DNA of 64,000 nucleotides from Candidatus Poribacteria bacterium (GTDB lineage Bacteria > Poribacteria > WGA-4E > WGA-3G): positions 206,482 through 270,481 of the forward strand of contig OZ243938.1 of assembly GCA_965214095.1 (NCBI GenBank). Direction: 5' to 3'. The notes beneath the pieces were generated by a model. The model saw only the letters and a program-made list of their open reading frames with translations. It ran no database searches and was not told where the DNA came from. Position numbers and translations under genes: made by a program. Below are positions 48,208 to 58,252 of this stretch, piece by piece (the stretch's first letter is position 1; every line of letters begins with the position of its first letter).

Positions 48208-49242
48208 TCAAATGTAAACTTTCTCGCCACTCTTGGCACTATCGTAAAGAGCATCCAGTATCTGCATAAAAGTAAATGCATTAGAAGCGTTCACATCAGG
48301 AGCGACTTCACCCGCTATTGCCATAGCAAAATGATTGAGTTCATAGAAGAAAACAGGAACATTTTCGGGAAGTTCACCGTGGTCAATTTCTATATGTTCT
48401 TCAATCGACTCTCGGCTAAATTCTCCATCTTTAAAACGCGAGATACCGCCGCTTGTAATTGCCCCTGTTGTACCGTAGAGTTCCACAACACTCCCAGAAT
48501 CAGAATGGCTCATGCGGGAACAGTCTATCTGAATTGTTTTGCCATCTTCACATCCGAGAATACCTGTGAAATAGTCTTCAGATGCACCTTCTGGACCTTC
48601 ATATTGTGGGTACAACACATGCTTTGAAGCGAATGCCCACATCGGTTTTGGACATCCCATCCACCACCACGTCAGATTAAGTTCGTGTGAATAGTGCTGA
48701 CCTAATGAACCGCCCTTTTGACCGTAAACATGTAGCCATCTATTGTTCTCGTCAAGAGGAGGAATAAAGTTGAATTTTCCAAACACACGTGCATGGTATG
48801 GCGTTCCAATGGCACCGTTTTGAATTGCAGTACGAATCTGGCGATTATGTGGAAAGTGCCGCATAAAGTAACAGAATTGGAGTGTCATACCAGACTTCTC
48901 TGCTGCTGATTCCATTTCTAATATTTCTTGCGCACGGATAGCATGTGGTTTTTGGACTAAGACATGTTTACCTGAGTCTAAAGTATCCAAGACTTGTTGA
49001 AGTCTGACATCTGGAGATGTAGCAAGATAAACTGCATCAATAACTGGATTGTCAAGAAGTTCACGATAGTCATTGTAACGGTGTGGAACTGCATTGTCAT
49101 CACCTGCTTGTTTTAGTCTATTTGGATCGCGATCTGCGATTGCACTGACGTTGAGTCGTGATGTTGCATTTGCAGATTCTATCGCTCTACAACCTGCCCA
49201 TCCACATCCTACAACTCCAAGCTGGATTGTATCATTGTTCAT
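48208..49242 (-). CDS. Gfo/Idh/MocA family oxidoreductase (distinct from the array paralogs)
   Basis: Start trimmed to MNNDTIQLGVVGCGWAG, preceded by GTGGAGAT; the longer ORF overlaps the upstream SBP gene. Confidence 0.7.
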   Translation of the reverse strand: MNNDTIQLGVVGCGWAGCRAIESANATSRLNVSAIADRDPNRLKQAGDDNAVPHRYNDYRELLDNPVIDAVYLATSPDVRLQQVLDTLDSGKHVLVQKPHAIRAQEILEMESAAEKSGMTLQFCYFMRHFPHNRQIRTAIQNGAIGTPYHARVFGKFNFIPPLDENNRWLHVYGQKGGSLGQHYSHELNLTWWWMGCPKPMWAFASKHVLYPQYEGPEGASEDYFTGILGCEDGKTIQIDCSRMSHSDSGSVVELYGTTGAITSGGISRFKDGEFSRESIEEHIEIDHGELPENVPVFFYELNHFAMAIAGEVAPDVNASNAFTFMQILDALYDSAKSGEKVYI

Positions 49243-49270
49243 AAACATATCTCCACATTCACCCATGATA

Positions 49271-50461
49271 TTACGGTTCAACAACCTTGTAATGTTCAAC
49301 TTCCCCATTTTGGATTGTCTGAATTGCAAGACTTTTTACCGGATGTCGATTTTCATCATAATGGGATATAGATGTCGCACCTTTGTAATTTTGGACTGCT
49401 GCATAAGCATCACGAACAGTAACCGGATCAAGTGAACCTGCAGTCTCAATCGCACGGGCTAAGAGACGCATAGCATCATAACCGGAGGCTGCAATGCCAT
49501 CAGGTGGACTTTCATACAAAGCCATATAATCTTGGACAAATTCCTGCACATCTTCATCCTGAGTAGCAACAGAAAAATTGGTCGGATAATAACTACCATC
49601 CAAAACCATATTATCCTCTAAAATACCGAGGAATCGTTCTCTGTCATCCCAAGCACTACCACCGAGAAATGTGGCGTTGAGTCCGAGTTGACTCGCCTCA
49701 TTAATCAACTTTGGCACTTCTGGTTGGGAACCTGGACAAAAGATGACATCTGGCATTTCACTTTGTATATCAGCAAGTAGTTCAGTAAACGAAGTTTCAT
49801 CTGTTGCATAAGAACCGCTGTGAACGATTTGTCCACCAATTTCCGCAAATGCTGCCTCGAAGGCTTGAACGAGATCAATAGAATAATTGTCACCTTCTTC
49901 ATAGATTGTTGCTGCAGTTTGTGCACCAATTTCTTCAGAATTTATAGCAAAACTTGCCATGACTTTCCCTTGAAATGGATTAGGTACAGTGATTAAAAAG
50001 ACATAATCACCCGTTTCTGGTACACTTGAACCACTGGATCCGGGCAACATGAGTCTTTGAGTTTGCTGTGCTATTGGACCTACTTCTACAGCCATCGTTG
50101 AGCGGACAGGTCCGAGAAGTGCAAATACGTTCTCCATTTCAATCAGTTCTTTTGCGGCATTGATGCTTGATTCCGATGTTGGCTCTTCTCCTGCTACAGG
50201 TTGATTATTTCGTGATATGAATTCGACCTGCATACCTAATACGCCGCCATTTTCATTAATCTGGATACGAGCAGTTTCCGCACCTTGACTAAATGTGGTA
50301 TAACTATGAGCAGGCTGGATGACTCCAATTTTTACGGGGGTTTCCATCGTAGGAGTGGTATTGTCTGAGATTACTTTATTAACTCTTTCACATCCAAATA
50401 ATGCTACACTTAGCACTGCCAATAGTATGACCAAAATCAAGTTTTTCTTTATTGTATTCAT
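49271..50461 (-). CDS. ABC-transporter substrate-binding lipoprotein (LivK / Peripla_BP_6-like)
   Basis: Lipoprotein signal (ALFGC) and type-I periplasmic binding fold. No permease or ATPase genes adjacent. Confidence 0.65.
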   Translation of the reverse strand: MNTIKKNLILVILLAVLSVALFGCERVNKVISDNTTPTMETPVKIGVIQPAHSYTTFSQGAETARIQINENGGVLGMQVEFISRNNQPVAGEEPTSESSINAAKELIEMENVFALLGPVRSTMAVEVGPIAQQTQRLMLPGSSGSSVPETGDYVFLITVPNPFQGKVMASFAINSEEIGAQTAATIYEEGDNYSIDLVQAFEAAFAEIGGQIVHSGSYATDETSFTELLADIQSEMPDVIFCPGSQPEVPKLINEASQLGLNATFLGGSAWDDRERFLGILEDNMVLDGSYYPTNFSVATQDEDVQEFVQDYMALYESPPDGIAASGYDAMRLLARAIETAGSLDPVTVRDAYAAVQNYKGATSISHYDENRHPVKSLAIQTIQNGEVEHYKVVEP

Positions 50462-50702
50462 TTTGCAAAAATCCTTTCTGGGTAAAATGCTTGAAAAAAA
50501 GTGAGGTTAATGCTAACGTTTGAACAGAGTTATTTCTATCTGTAAACAATATCAGATTCCACTGAACTTGTCAAGAACTTGAAAGCACGTAAACATATTG
50601 TCATCACACTGTTAATTGTGTCAATAGACCTATTCTGCAATATATAACATTTTAAAAGCATATCACTACTCCACACATTTATGGCAATAAAGGAGTTTAT
50701 CT

Positions 50703-51761
50703 ATGGAACTCGGTTTTTTCACAATGCCACTACATCCACCTGGAAGCAATACCACAAAGACATTGGACGATGACCTTGAACAGATGGTGACCTTAGATAG
50801 ATTGGGTTATAGCGAGGCTTATGTAGGAGAACATTTTACGTTTACTTGGGAAAATATTCCATCGCCTGATCTCTTCATTGCAAAAGCACTTGCTATGACA
50901 GAGAATATTATATTTGGCACGGGTATAACGTGTATGCCGATTCATAATCCTGCAGTTGTTGCACACCGAATTGCCCAGTTGGACCACATGGCACACGGAC
51001 GTTTCCATTGGGGTGTTGGCTCAAGTTCAACGCCAAGCGATGCAGAAATGTTCATGGCATCTGCAGATAGACGGAAAGCGACACGCGAAGGTATTGATGC
51101 TGTTTTGAAACTATGGACAGATCCGGAACCGGGTCATTATAAAACCGATTCGTTTGAGTTTAAAATTCCTGGTGGACATCCAGATATTGTAAGTATTCAC
51201 ATGAAGCCGTATCAGAAACCACATCCACCTATTGCATTGGCAGGTTCTTCAACCAAGTCGGACACGTTAATATTTGCTGGTGAACGTGGATGGATTCCTA
51301 TGAGTATCAATCTTGCGCCAGTATCCGTGATTAAGACGCATTGGGATGCGGTAGAAGAAGGTGCTGCAAAGACTGGTCTGACTCCATCTCGGTCAACGTG
51401 GCGAATCGCACGTGAAGTTTATGTTGCTGATACGAATGAGCAAGCGAGAAAAGAGGCGATAGAAGGCACTCTCGGACGTGATTTTCGTGATTATTGGTTT
51501 CGACTTTGGGGTTGGGAGAAATTCAAAATGAAACCGGATATTCCCGACGTAGAATCATGTTTAGAAGGTCTGTTGGATACTTTGTGGATTGTTGGGAGTC
51601 CTGACCATGTTGCTAATCGTTTGCGTCAACTTTATGATGATGTCGGTGGATTTGGTGTATTGTTGGCGATGGGACACGAATGGGAACCAAGAGAGCAATG
51701 GGTGCATTCTATGGAACTGCTTAAGAATGAAGTCATGCCGCAACTTACTGATTTAGAATAA
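50703..51761 (+). CDS. LLM-class (luciferase-like) flavin-dependent oxidoreductase
   Basis: TIM-barrel LLM layout, ~350 aa. Confidence 0.6.
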   Translation: MELGFFTMPLHPPGSNTTKTLDDDLEQMVTLDRLGYSEAYVGEHFTFTWENIPSPDLFIAKALAMTENIIFGTGITCMPIHNPAVVAHRIAQLDHMAHGRFHWGVGSSSTPSDAEMFMASADRRKATREGIDAVLKLWTDPEPGHYKTDSFEFKIPGGHPDIVSIHMKPYQKPHPPIALAGSSTKSDTLIFAGERGWIPMSINLAPVSVIKTHWDAVEEGAAKTGLTPSRSTWRIAREVYVADTNEQARKEAIEGTLGRDFRDYWFRLWGWEKFKMKPDIPDVESCLEGLLDTLWIVGSPDHVANRLRQLYDDVGGFGVLLAMGHEWEPREQWVHSMELLKNEVMPQLTDLE

Positions 51762-51808
51762 TACCAACTCTGAAAGTTAAAGTTGCATTAGGAATTTCAT
51801 TAATCGTC
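51759..51808 (+). repeat. Family-3 post-stop repeat, short form (ataccaactctgaaagttaaagttgcattaggaatttcattaatcgtc)
   Basis: Near-identical to 31651-31700. Confidence 0.55.
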
Positions 51809-52564
51809 AAAAAACATTTCTAACTTAGCCCGTGCGTTTAAGACACCCTTTACAATCGGTTGGGGTGACTCCACCTTGAGTCCTAAATAAATCAACATAA
51901 TCTCCCGCTCGTAACCTATTCTTTGAATCTCCTTACAGATAGCATGAAAATCCATTTCTGGTGCCCAGAACGGCTCGCTTCCAGTCTCCGAATCGACACC
52001 GCAGTTGAAATAGACGTTATTTAACCGTTCTGACAAAGTTCTTAGTGCAATCACAGGATCATCTCCTGCCAAATGAAAATGAAATGGACTGTAGTAAAAT
52101 CCAAAATTATCTTCAGATATTGCATCAAAGATTTGCTGTGTGCGTTCAAGGTTGAACGCGAGACTCCCTTCATGTGCATATAACGAGAGCATCAAATTAC
52201 GAGATTTCGCTTCTATTGTGAGTGTTCTAAGCAGATCAATTATCTTATCAATCTCATTATCAGTGGCATCTTCCGTTCCACCACTTGCGACGCTAACTAT
52301 TGGAACAGACAATCTTTTTGCAATGTCAAGAATAGAGATTTGAGATTCAAATCCATCGACCGCGTCAATCTTAACTGTACTCAGTAAAGATTTGAAATAT
52401 AACCCAGTCTCTTCTTGGAGTGTACCGATTGTTTCTGCTTCAACATCTGAGAAATGGGTTTGTGAGAGTTCAATTGCAGATACACCGCCCTCGGATAATT
52501 CACCTACAAACTCTGTTAATGGATATGGGGAGAATGGTAATGTGCTTGCACAGTAAGTTCTCAT
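51800..52564 (-). CDS. Putative xylose-isomerase-like TIM-barrel protein
   Basis: Weak pattern similarity only. Confidence 0.35.
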   Translation of the reverse strand: MRTYCASTLPFSPYPLTEFVGELSEGGVSAIELSQTHFSDVEAETIGTLQEETGLYFKSLLSTVKIDAVDGFESQISILDIAKRLSVPIVSVASGGTEDATDNEIDKIIDLLRTLTIEAKSRNLMLSLYAHEGSLAFNLERTQQIFDAISEDNFGFYYSPFHFHLAGDDPVIALRTLSERLNNVYFNCGVDSETGSEPFWAPEMDFHAICKEIQRIGYEREIMLIYLGLKVESPQPIVKGVLNARAKLEMFFDD

Positions 52565-52680
52565 AGTATATATCTGTTTTGATCTAACTTCAAATTGAGA
52601 ATCATTAAAATTGAGTATTAGCGCGCTTAGATGAAGATTAAGAAATAAATTGGGTAATTTCCTTGAGGTGTCCGGTGCGG

Positions 52681-52712
52681 TTAGGAAACCGCACCTACCG
52701 GGTTTGGGAAAA
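52681..52712. repeat. REP1-family hairpin ggtgcgg-ttaggaaa-ccgcacc + taccgg
   Basis: Same loop as the 18005-18026 copy, with compensatory stem changes. Confidence 0.55.
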
Positions 52713-52795
52713 TGAGAATTACCCGTTTAATAAATTAATCTTCATGAAAGCAAGCCTGATTAATGTATCAAAGAATTTGTAAGGAGTATCTTAGT

Positions 52796-53572
52796 CTACT
52801 TACCCATTTCCTTGAGTGCTTTCAAACAACGTTCTACTGCTTCTAAAGGTGGAAATGCATCACTTTCATATTCCACAATATACCATTCTGTGCCACCGGT
52901 GGTTTCGCAGATATTAAAGATTTCAGTCCAAGGAACACTGTCTTCTCCAATAATGGGACGAAAACCAGCGTGTCTCTCAGATTCATCATCTGAGATTGTA
53001 TAAGGTTTGAGATGGACAGTGCCAGAACGTCCTGGATATCTTTCCAAAATGTCCACGAGATCAGCACCACCTGACATTGCATTTCCCATATCCAGCTGCA
53101 TCACAACACCTTCATTTGTGTTTCCAAAGAAGGTATCCCATTGGACTTCACCATCCATCGGTGAAAATTCTACGTGATGGTTATGGTATCCAGTAACCAT
53201 TCCGTGTGGTGCCAGCTTATCTGCGAGGTCATTAAAAAAATCTGCTAATTTTAACCAATCCGCGCGGGATTGACGTAGTTCACCCGGTATTCCTGGAATA
53301 ATGACATACCTATTCTCAAGTATTTTATTGAATTCAATCGTGTCTGCAAGTGAGTCTTCTTGTACAAGGTTGAATGGTGTATGCCATCCACAGCAGACTA
53401 TTCCGAATTCGTCAAGGTAACCTTTCAACTCCTCTGCAGGATGTTGTGGGGGACCAGCGAATTCTACACCTTCATATCCCATTTCTGCGACAGCTTTAAT
53501 CGTGCCGCGTGCATCATCAGCTAACTCATTTCGGACTGAAAATAGTTCTAAACCAATTGGTACTCGTGCCAT
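52796..53572 (-). CDS. Sugar phosphate isomerase/epimerase (xylose isomerase-like TIM barrel)
   Basis: LELFSVRNELADD...GYEGVEF N-terminus. Confidence 0.65.
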   Translation of the reverse strand: MARVPIGLELFSVRNELADDARGTIKAVAEMGYEGVEFAGPPQHPAEELKGYLDEFGIVCCGWHTPFNLVQEDSLADTIEFNKILENRYVIIPGIPGELRQSRADWLKLADFFNDLADKLAPHGMVTGYHNHHVEFSPMDGEVQWDTFFGNTNEGVVMQLDMGNAMSGGADLVDILERYPGRSGTVHLKPYTISDDESERHAGFRPIIGEDSVPWTEIFNICETTGGTEWYIVEYESDAFPPLEAVERCLKALKEMGK

Positions 53573-53667
53573 AATGTTCCTTTCTTGTTATTGTAGAGAT
53601 GTATTATCTCTGCTTATTTTTTATTGACTACTATAGAAAATGTACAAACCTTCACTTATTTTGTCAA

Positions 53668-55092
53668 TCATCGGGCATTGTAATTCGGTTCAAGAGGACA
53701 GATCTTGTGGTGCTGAATGAGTGCAATCCTTGCTAAACCGTGAATTAAAAACGCCGGACACAACTGTGATTCATACCAGTCAATTCCCGATGCACCGAAC
53801 GGTAGGTTCTCTTTAAAATATACTTCTAATGCAGTTTCAGCAAGTTTGATCCCACCTTCTAACCAGATTGACTCTTCTGTGATGTCATATAGATCAGCAA
53901 AGAGTTCAAGTGCTAACCCTATATCAGTCACTGGAATCTTAAAACCTTCACTGAGAACACGTTCAACAGGGAATTCCTCATCAAGATATGTATTACCAAC
54001 TGCCTGCGCATAATCCATCAATCTGTGATCATGTGTCAACCGCCATGCACAGAGAGAAAGCACGCCACTTCCACATGAAGTTCCAGCACCATAGACGCTA
54101 CCCCACGCCAACATTCTCTCAACAACCTGATTTGTTTCACATTGGCATAAACTCACAAACTCGCGAGTCTCAAGATTATGTGGAGCTGCAAGAAAACCTT
54201 CAATATAAACTCTCCCGTATTGGCACATCTTGCTTGCTAAATTTGGAAGGTAAGATTCTAACAAGGCCGCAGATTCAATAAGACTAATTCCTAATGAAAG
54301 CGTTTGCGTTGGGGCATTTATATTGAAAAACCTTTCATTTTCTAATGGTGAACGGCTTTCAATACACAATAAACCTTGTTCGTCTCGTTTCTCCCACCAG
54401 TATTCTGTATACTTCTGTATCTGTTGTAGAGTTTCAGAACGTTGATTCTTGGTATACGCGAATGCTAAATCAAAGATGTAGAAGCCAGAATGTCGGGGAA
54501 AATCACATGAACGACCTCCGCGGATAAGATGTTCCTTCTTGTCAATGTTCGCATGACGTATGTATTCAAGCTCATCACCCTCTGTCCAATGATAATCCAG
54601 ACCATCAGCAAAACTTTGGACACATGAGGCGTTGAATGTGTTCAGTTTTTCCCACATCCACAATGGTACCTTGCGAAGATGATCGTGAATCGCTGAACCA
54701 CCATCAGGATTGCGCGAACATCCTACACGTTCTTCAATCAAATGCCAAAACGAATGTTCTCCCCATGGGAATAGACCGGTCTCTGTCTGTGTGCAATTCA
54801 GTGCAAAGTACTCAAAATATCGATCCACTGCATCCTTATATATTGATTTCGATTCAGTTTCTGAAAGGACATTCATCGTGGCAAGTAATGGTTCATCATG
54901 TATTAGATTGCATCCCAAATGTGCACGATCACCATTTCGTTGACCTGGAATCTTTGAAGGCTTATCCAAAAGCATTCGACCTGATTTTGCATTCAGTATT
55001 GATGGGAATAGTCCATTGTATTCAATACTGCATTCTATTATCAGATCAATTGCATTACATGTTTTAGTGATGATGACATCTGGAGTTATCAC
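53668..55092 (-). CDS. Hypothetical protein, possibly (alpha/alpha)6 six-hairpin glycosidase-like
   Basis: Trp-rich repeated helical hairpin pattern. No confident family. Confidence 0.3.
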   Translation of the reverse strand: MITPDVIITKTCNAIDLIIECSIEYNGLFPSILNAKSGRMLLDKPSKIPGQRNGDRAHLGCNLIHDEPLLATMNVLSETESKSIYKDAVDRYFEYFALNCTQTETGLFPWGEHSFWHLIEERVGCSRNPDGGSAIHDHLRKVPLWMWEKLNTFNASCVQSFADGLDYHWTEGDELEYIRHANIDKKEHLIRGGRSCDFPRHSGFYIFDLAFAYTKNQRSETLQQIQKYTEYWWEKRDEQGLLCIESRSPLENERFFNINAPTQTLSLGISLIESAALLESYLPNLASKMCQYGRVYIEGFLAAPHNLETREFVSLCQCETNQVVERMLAWGSVYGAGTSCGSGVLSLCAWRLTHDHRLMDYAQAVGNTYLDEEFPVERVLSEGFKIPVTDIGLALELFADLYDITEESIWLEGGIKLAETALEVYFKENLPFGASGIDWYESQLCPAFLIHGLARIALIQHHKICPLEPNYNAR

Positions 55093-55208
55093 AAAATTCC
55101 TCCATCTATGATGATTGAAAATATGGTATCATGTATCTAATTTATGGTCAAGTTATGATTATTTTTCAATGACTTCACGCAAAACCATTTACACCCTGAA
55201 TATTTGAT

Positions 55209-56021
55209 ATGGAGATAGTTATGTACATTGGTCTTATGGAGGGAACGATTCGACGTGACACACTTGGAGAAACATTGGATGCTACGGTTGAATATGGAAT
55301 TTACCATTTACAATACCATATTAACCCCGCGATATCTGTCAATGATGTACGTCAAGAAATGGATGAACGACAGTTACAGATTGTGGCACTCTCGGGGACA
55401 TATAATATGATTGATCCTGATATTCAAAAACGTGACGCTGGATTGCAAATGTTACGTTATGTCGCTTCCCAATGTGAATCCCTTGGAACATCTGTGATTA
55501 CACTCTGCACTGGTTCTCGGGATCCGCATAGTATGTGGCGGGCACATCCTGATAATAACTCTGAGTCTGCTTGGCAAGACCTTGTGCAGTCCATGCAAAA
55601 GGCATTGAAAATTGCTGAAGAATTCAGTGTGACATTGGCATTTGAACCTGAGATATCTAATGTGATTGACTCCGCACAAAAGGCACGTCGTTTACTGGAT
55701 GAGATGAGTTCTCCGTACCTAAAAGTTGTTATGGATGGTGCCAACATATTTCATAAAGGTGAGTTACCAAAGATGCGCGAAATTCTAGACGAAGCATTCG
55801 CATTACTTGGTGATGACATTGCACTTGCCCATGCTAAGGACTTAGACCGAGATGGTCATGCAGGTAATCTTGCTGCAGGTACTGGTCTACTGGATTTCAA
55901 TCAATATATCGGTTTGTTAAATGAAGTTGGTTATGACGGTGCTGTCGTGTTACACGGTTTGTCTGAAGAACAAGTCCCATTTTGTGTTAACTTCCTACAA
56001 GGGAAAATTGATGCGTTGTAA
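55209..56021 (+). CDS. Sugar phosphate isomerase/epimerase (xylose isomerase-like TIM barrel)
   Basis: AFEPE...D...H pattern. Confidence 0.6.
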   Translation: MEIVMYIGLMEGTIRRDTLGETLDATVEYGIYHLQYHINPAISVNDVRQEMDERQLQIVALSGTYNMIDPDIQKRDAGLQMLRYVASQCESLGTSVITLCTGSRDPHSMWRAHPDNNSESAWQDLVQSMQKALKIAEEFSVTLAFEPEISNVIDSAQKARRLLDEMSSPYLKVVMDGANIFHKGELPKMREILDEAFALLGDDIALAHAKDLDRDGHAGNLAAGTGLLDFNQYIGLLNEVGYDGAVVLHGLSEEQVPFCVNFLQGKIDAL

Positions 56022-56035
56022 TAGGTGGACTATTA

Positions 56036-57676
56036 TTACACAGTTTCAGACATCCGTTCAGCTAACCGGGCGAGGGCAGGGGATCTGTCCAATTTCTCAA
56101 GTTCAATCTCTATTAGCGTGAAGTGTTGGGTTTCGTTTAGTGCAGTTTTCATAGCATCATCAAATTCACCCTCGGTATGAACATGAAACCCGCGGCCTGA
56201 ACCAAAAAGTGATGTAATGCTGCTATAGTTCCAACATCCAATATCGTTGAATTCTCCTTCCAAGAGATGTCTTTCTGTTCCATAGCCGTGATTGTTTAGC
56301 AGAAGAACGATTGGGTTTAATCCGTAGCGAACGACAGTTGAGAGTTCTGTGCCTGTCATTTGAAATGCACCATCTCCGACGATGACGAGTGGACGTGAAT
56401 TCGGTGTGCCGAGTTGTGCGCCGACAGATGCGGGAACAGCAAATCCCATTGATGTGTAGTATGCGGGACTAAGGAAATTCGTATGTTGTTGTATTCGCAA
56501 TTCAGCTGCACCGAATAGGCTATCCCCAACATCTGCTATCACAGTAATTTCATCAGTAATGAATTCGTTGAGATGTTGAAATAGACGTTCAACTGTCAAT
56601 TGTGCTTTTGGATTAACTTCAAAAGGTGTTGTCTCAGTGGTTGCCCAATCTAAGTTCGGTTTTCTTCGCCGACGGAGTTTCGATGCATTGATACCATCTA
56701 TAAAATCTACAAACAGGACATTTTCATAGGTATGGAATCCGACATTAATTTTTTCTGATGTAGCATAGATTGAACGTGAACGGTCAAGGTTTGCAGTGTA
56801 TATTCCAAGGTTCACATCAGTCATGAACGCACCGAGAATGATGACACAATCTGAACTCTCAACAAACTCCCTTATCTCCTCTCTACCCATTGCTCCCTCA
56901 TAAATTCCTAAGTAAAGAGGATGTGATTCTGGAATAACTGATTTACCAAGTAACGTGGCAACCACAGGTATTCGCTTTTCCTCAACGAGTTTGAGTAATT
57001 TGTCCTGAAAACCGAATCTATGTAATTCTACGCCTGCAAGAATAACAGGATTCTTGCTCTGATTTATAAAGGTGATTGCATCTTCAATAGCAGCATTTAA
57101 TGTATCAGGGTCACTTAAATGGTTTCCGTCTGATGGACTTTTATAGTGGGTGCCACGAACATCTACCATATCTCGTGGGAGTTCAATGTATCCTGGACGT
57201 TTATAATGATAAACAGCATCTAATACACGGTCAATCTCGTTGAATGCAGTGAAAGGATCATCAAGGAGTGCTGTTGCAACGGTAATCTCGTCAAATATTC
57301 GTTGCTGCGTATGGAAATCTCTGACTTTATGGTGAAGGAGTGCATCTTTGTCACGTTCTTTGATACCCGGTGCACCGCTAATCACAACAACAGGCGATTT
57401 TTCTGCATAAGCACCCGCGATAGCGTTTACTGTTGATAATCCACCAACACAGTAAGTAATACAGACTGCTCCCATACCTTTTGTGCGTGCGTAGGCATCT
57501 GCTGCATAACCTGCGGCATCTTCGCGGGTCATACCGATGTGTTGTATATCGCTTTCCTCAATGAGTTTGTAGAATCGGAGTACATAATCCCCGGGAATGC
57601 CGAAGATGTGTTTTATGTCGTAACTTTTGAGTTTCTTGAGTAGGTATTCACCAATGGATGTTGGGATGTTACGCAT
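56036..57676 (-). CDS. Thiamine-diphosphate-dependent 2-keto-acid decarboxylase (IPDC/PDC family)
   Basis: N-terminal PYR domain (GIPGDY) and C-terminal TPP motif GDGAFQMTGTEL...NN. Confidence 0.75.
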   Translation of the reverse strand: MRNIPTSIGEYLLKKLKSYDIKHIFGIPGDYVLRFYKLIEESDIQHIGMTREDAAGYAADAYARTKGMGAVCITYCVGGLSTVNAIAGAYAEKSPVVVISGAPGIKERDKDALLHHKVRDFHTQQRIFDEITVATALLDDPFTAFNEIDRVLDAVYHYKRPGYIELPRDMVDVRGTHYKSPSDGNHLSDPDTLNAAIEDAITFINQSKNPVILAGVELHRFGFQDKLLKLVEEKRIPVVATLLGKSVIPESHPLYLGIYEGAMGREEIREFVESSDCVIILGAFMTDVNLGIYTANLDRSRSIYATSEKINVGFHTYENVLFVDFIDGINASKLRRRRKPNLDWATTETTPFEVNPKAQLTVERLFQHLNEFITDEITVIADVGDSLFGAAELRIQQHTNFLSPAYYTSMGFAVPASVGAQLGTPNSRPLVIVGDGAFQMTGTELSTVVRYGLNPIVLLLNNHGYGTERHLLEGEFNDIGCWNYSSITSLFGSGRGFHVHTEGEFDDAMKTALNETQHFTLIEIELEKLDRSPALARLAERMSETV

Positions 57677-57752
57677 GGTGGCACCTCGTTTTAACGAGGA
57701 AAAAGTTGATAGTTAAGCACATCAATGTTCTCAAAGTTAGTTTCTGGTTACA

Positions 57753-58202
57753 TCAAAACTGTTTATCACTATCTAATAGAATAGTAACAGGTCCGTCATT
57801 TATGAGTTGAACATCCATCATGGCTTGGAAAGTGCCACCTACTGTTGGAATGTTCAACTCTTTTAGTAGAGAGATAAACTGTTCATATAAAGCATTGGCA
57901 ACTTCAGGTCGTGCAGCACCAATAAAACTTGGCCGTCTCCCCTTCCGACAATCTCCATAGAGTGTGAATTGAGATACGACCAGTGCTGAACCACCTGTAT
58001 CAAGCAAGGAAAGGTTCATTTTGCCATCTGAATCTTCAAAAATACGCAAATTAGCAACTTTGTTGGCAATATATTGTAATTCAGTTTCAGTGTCGTTATG
58101 GGCAACGCCGAGGAATATCAGCAATCCTGTACCGATTTCCGACACAAGTTCGCCATCAACCTTCACACTTGCAGATTTGACGCGCTGGATAACTGCTCTC
58201 AT
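57753..58202 (-). CDS. dtd: D-aminoacyl-tRNA deacylase
   Basis: MRAVIQRV N-terminus and SQFTLYGD motif. 149 aa. Confidence 0.85.
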   Translation of the reverse strand: MRAVIQRVKSASVKVDGELVSEIGTGLLIFLGVAHNDTETELQYIANKVANLRIFEDSDGKMNLSLLDTGGSALVVSQFTLYGDCRKGRRPSFIGAARPEVANALYEQFISLLKELNIPTVGGTFQAMMDVQLINDGPVTILLDSDKQF

Positions 58203-58252
58203 ATTAGATTGTTGTTAGTAAAAGCAAAGAAAGCAATCATAGACTCTACGAT

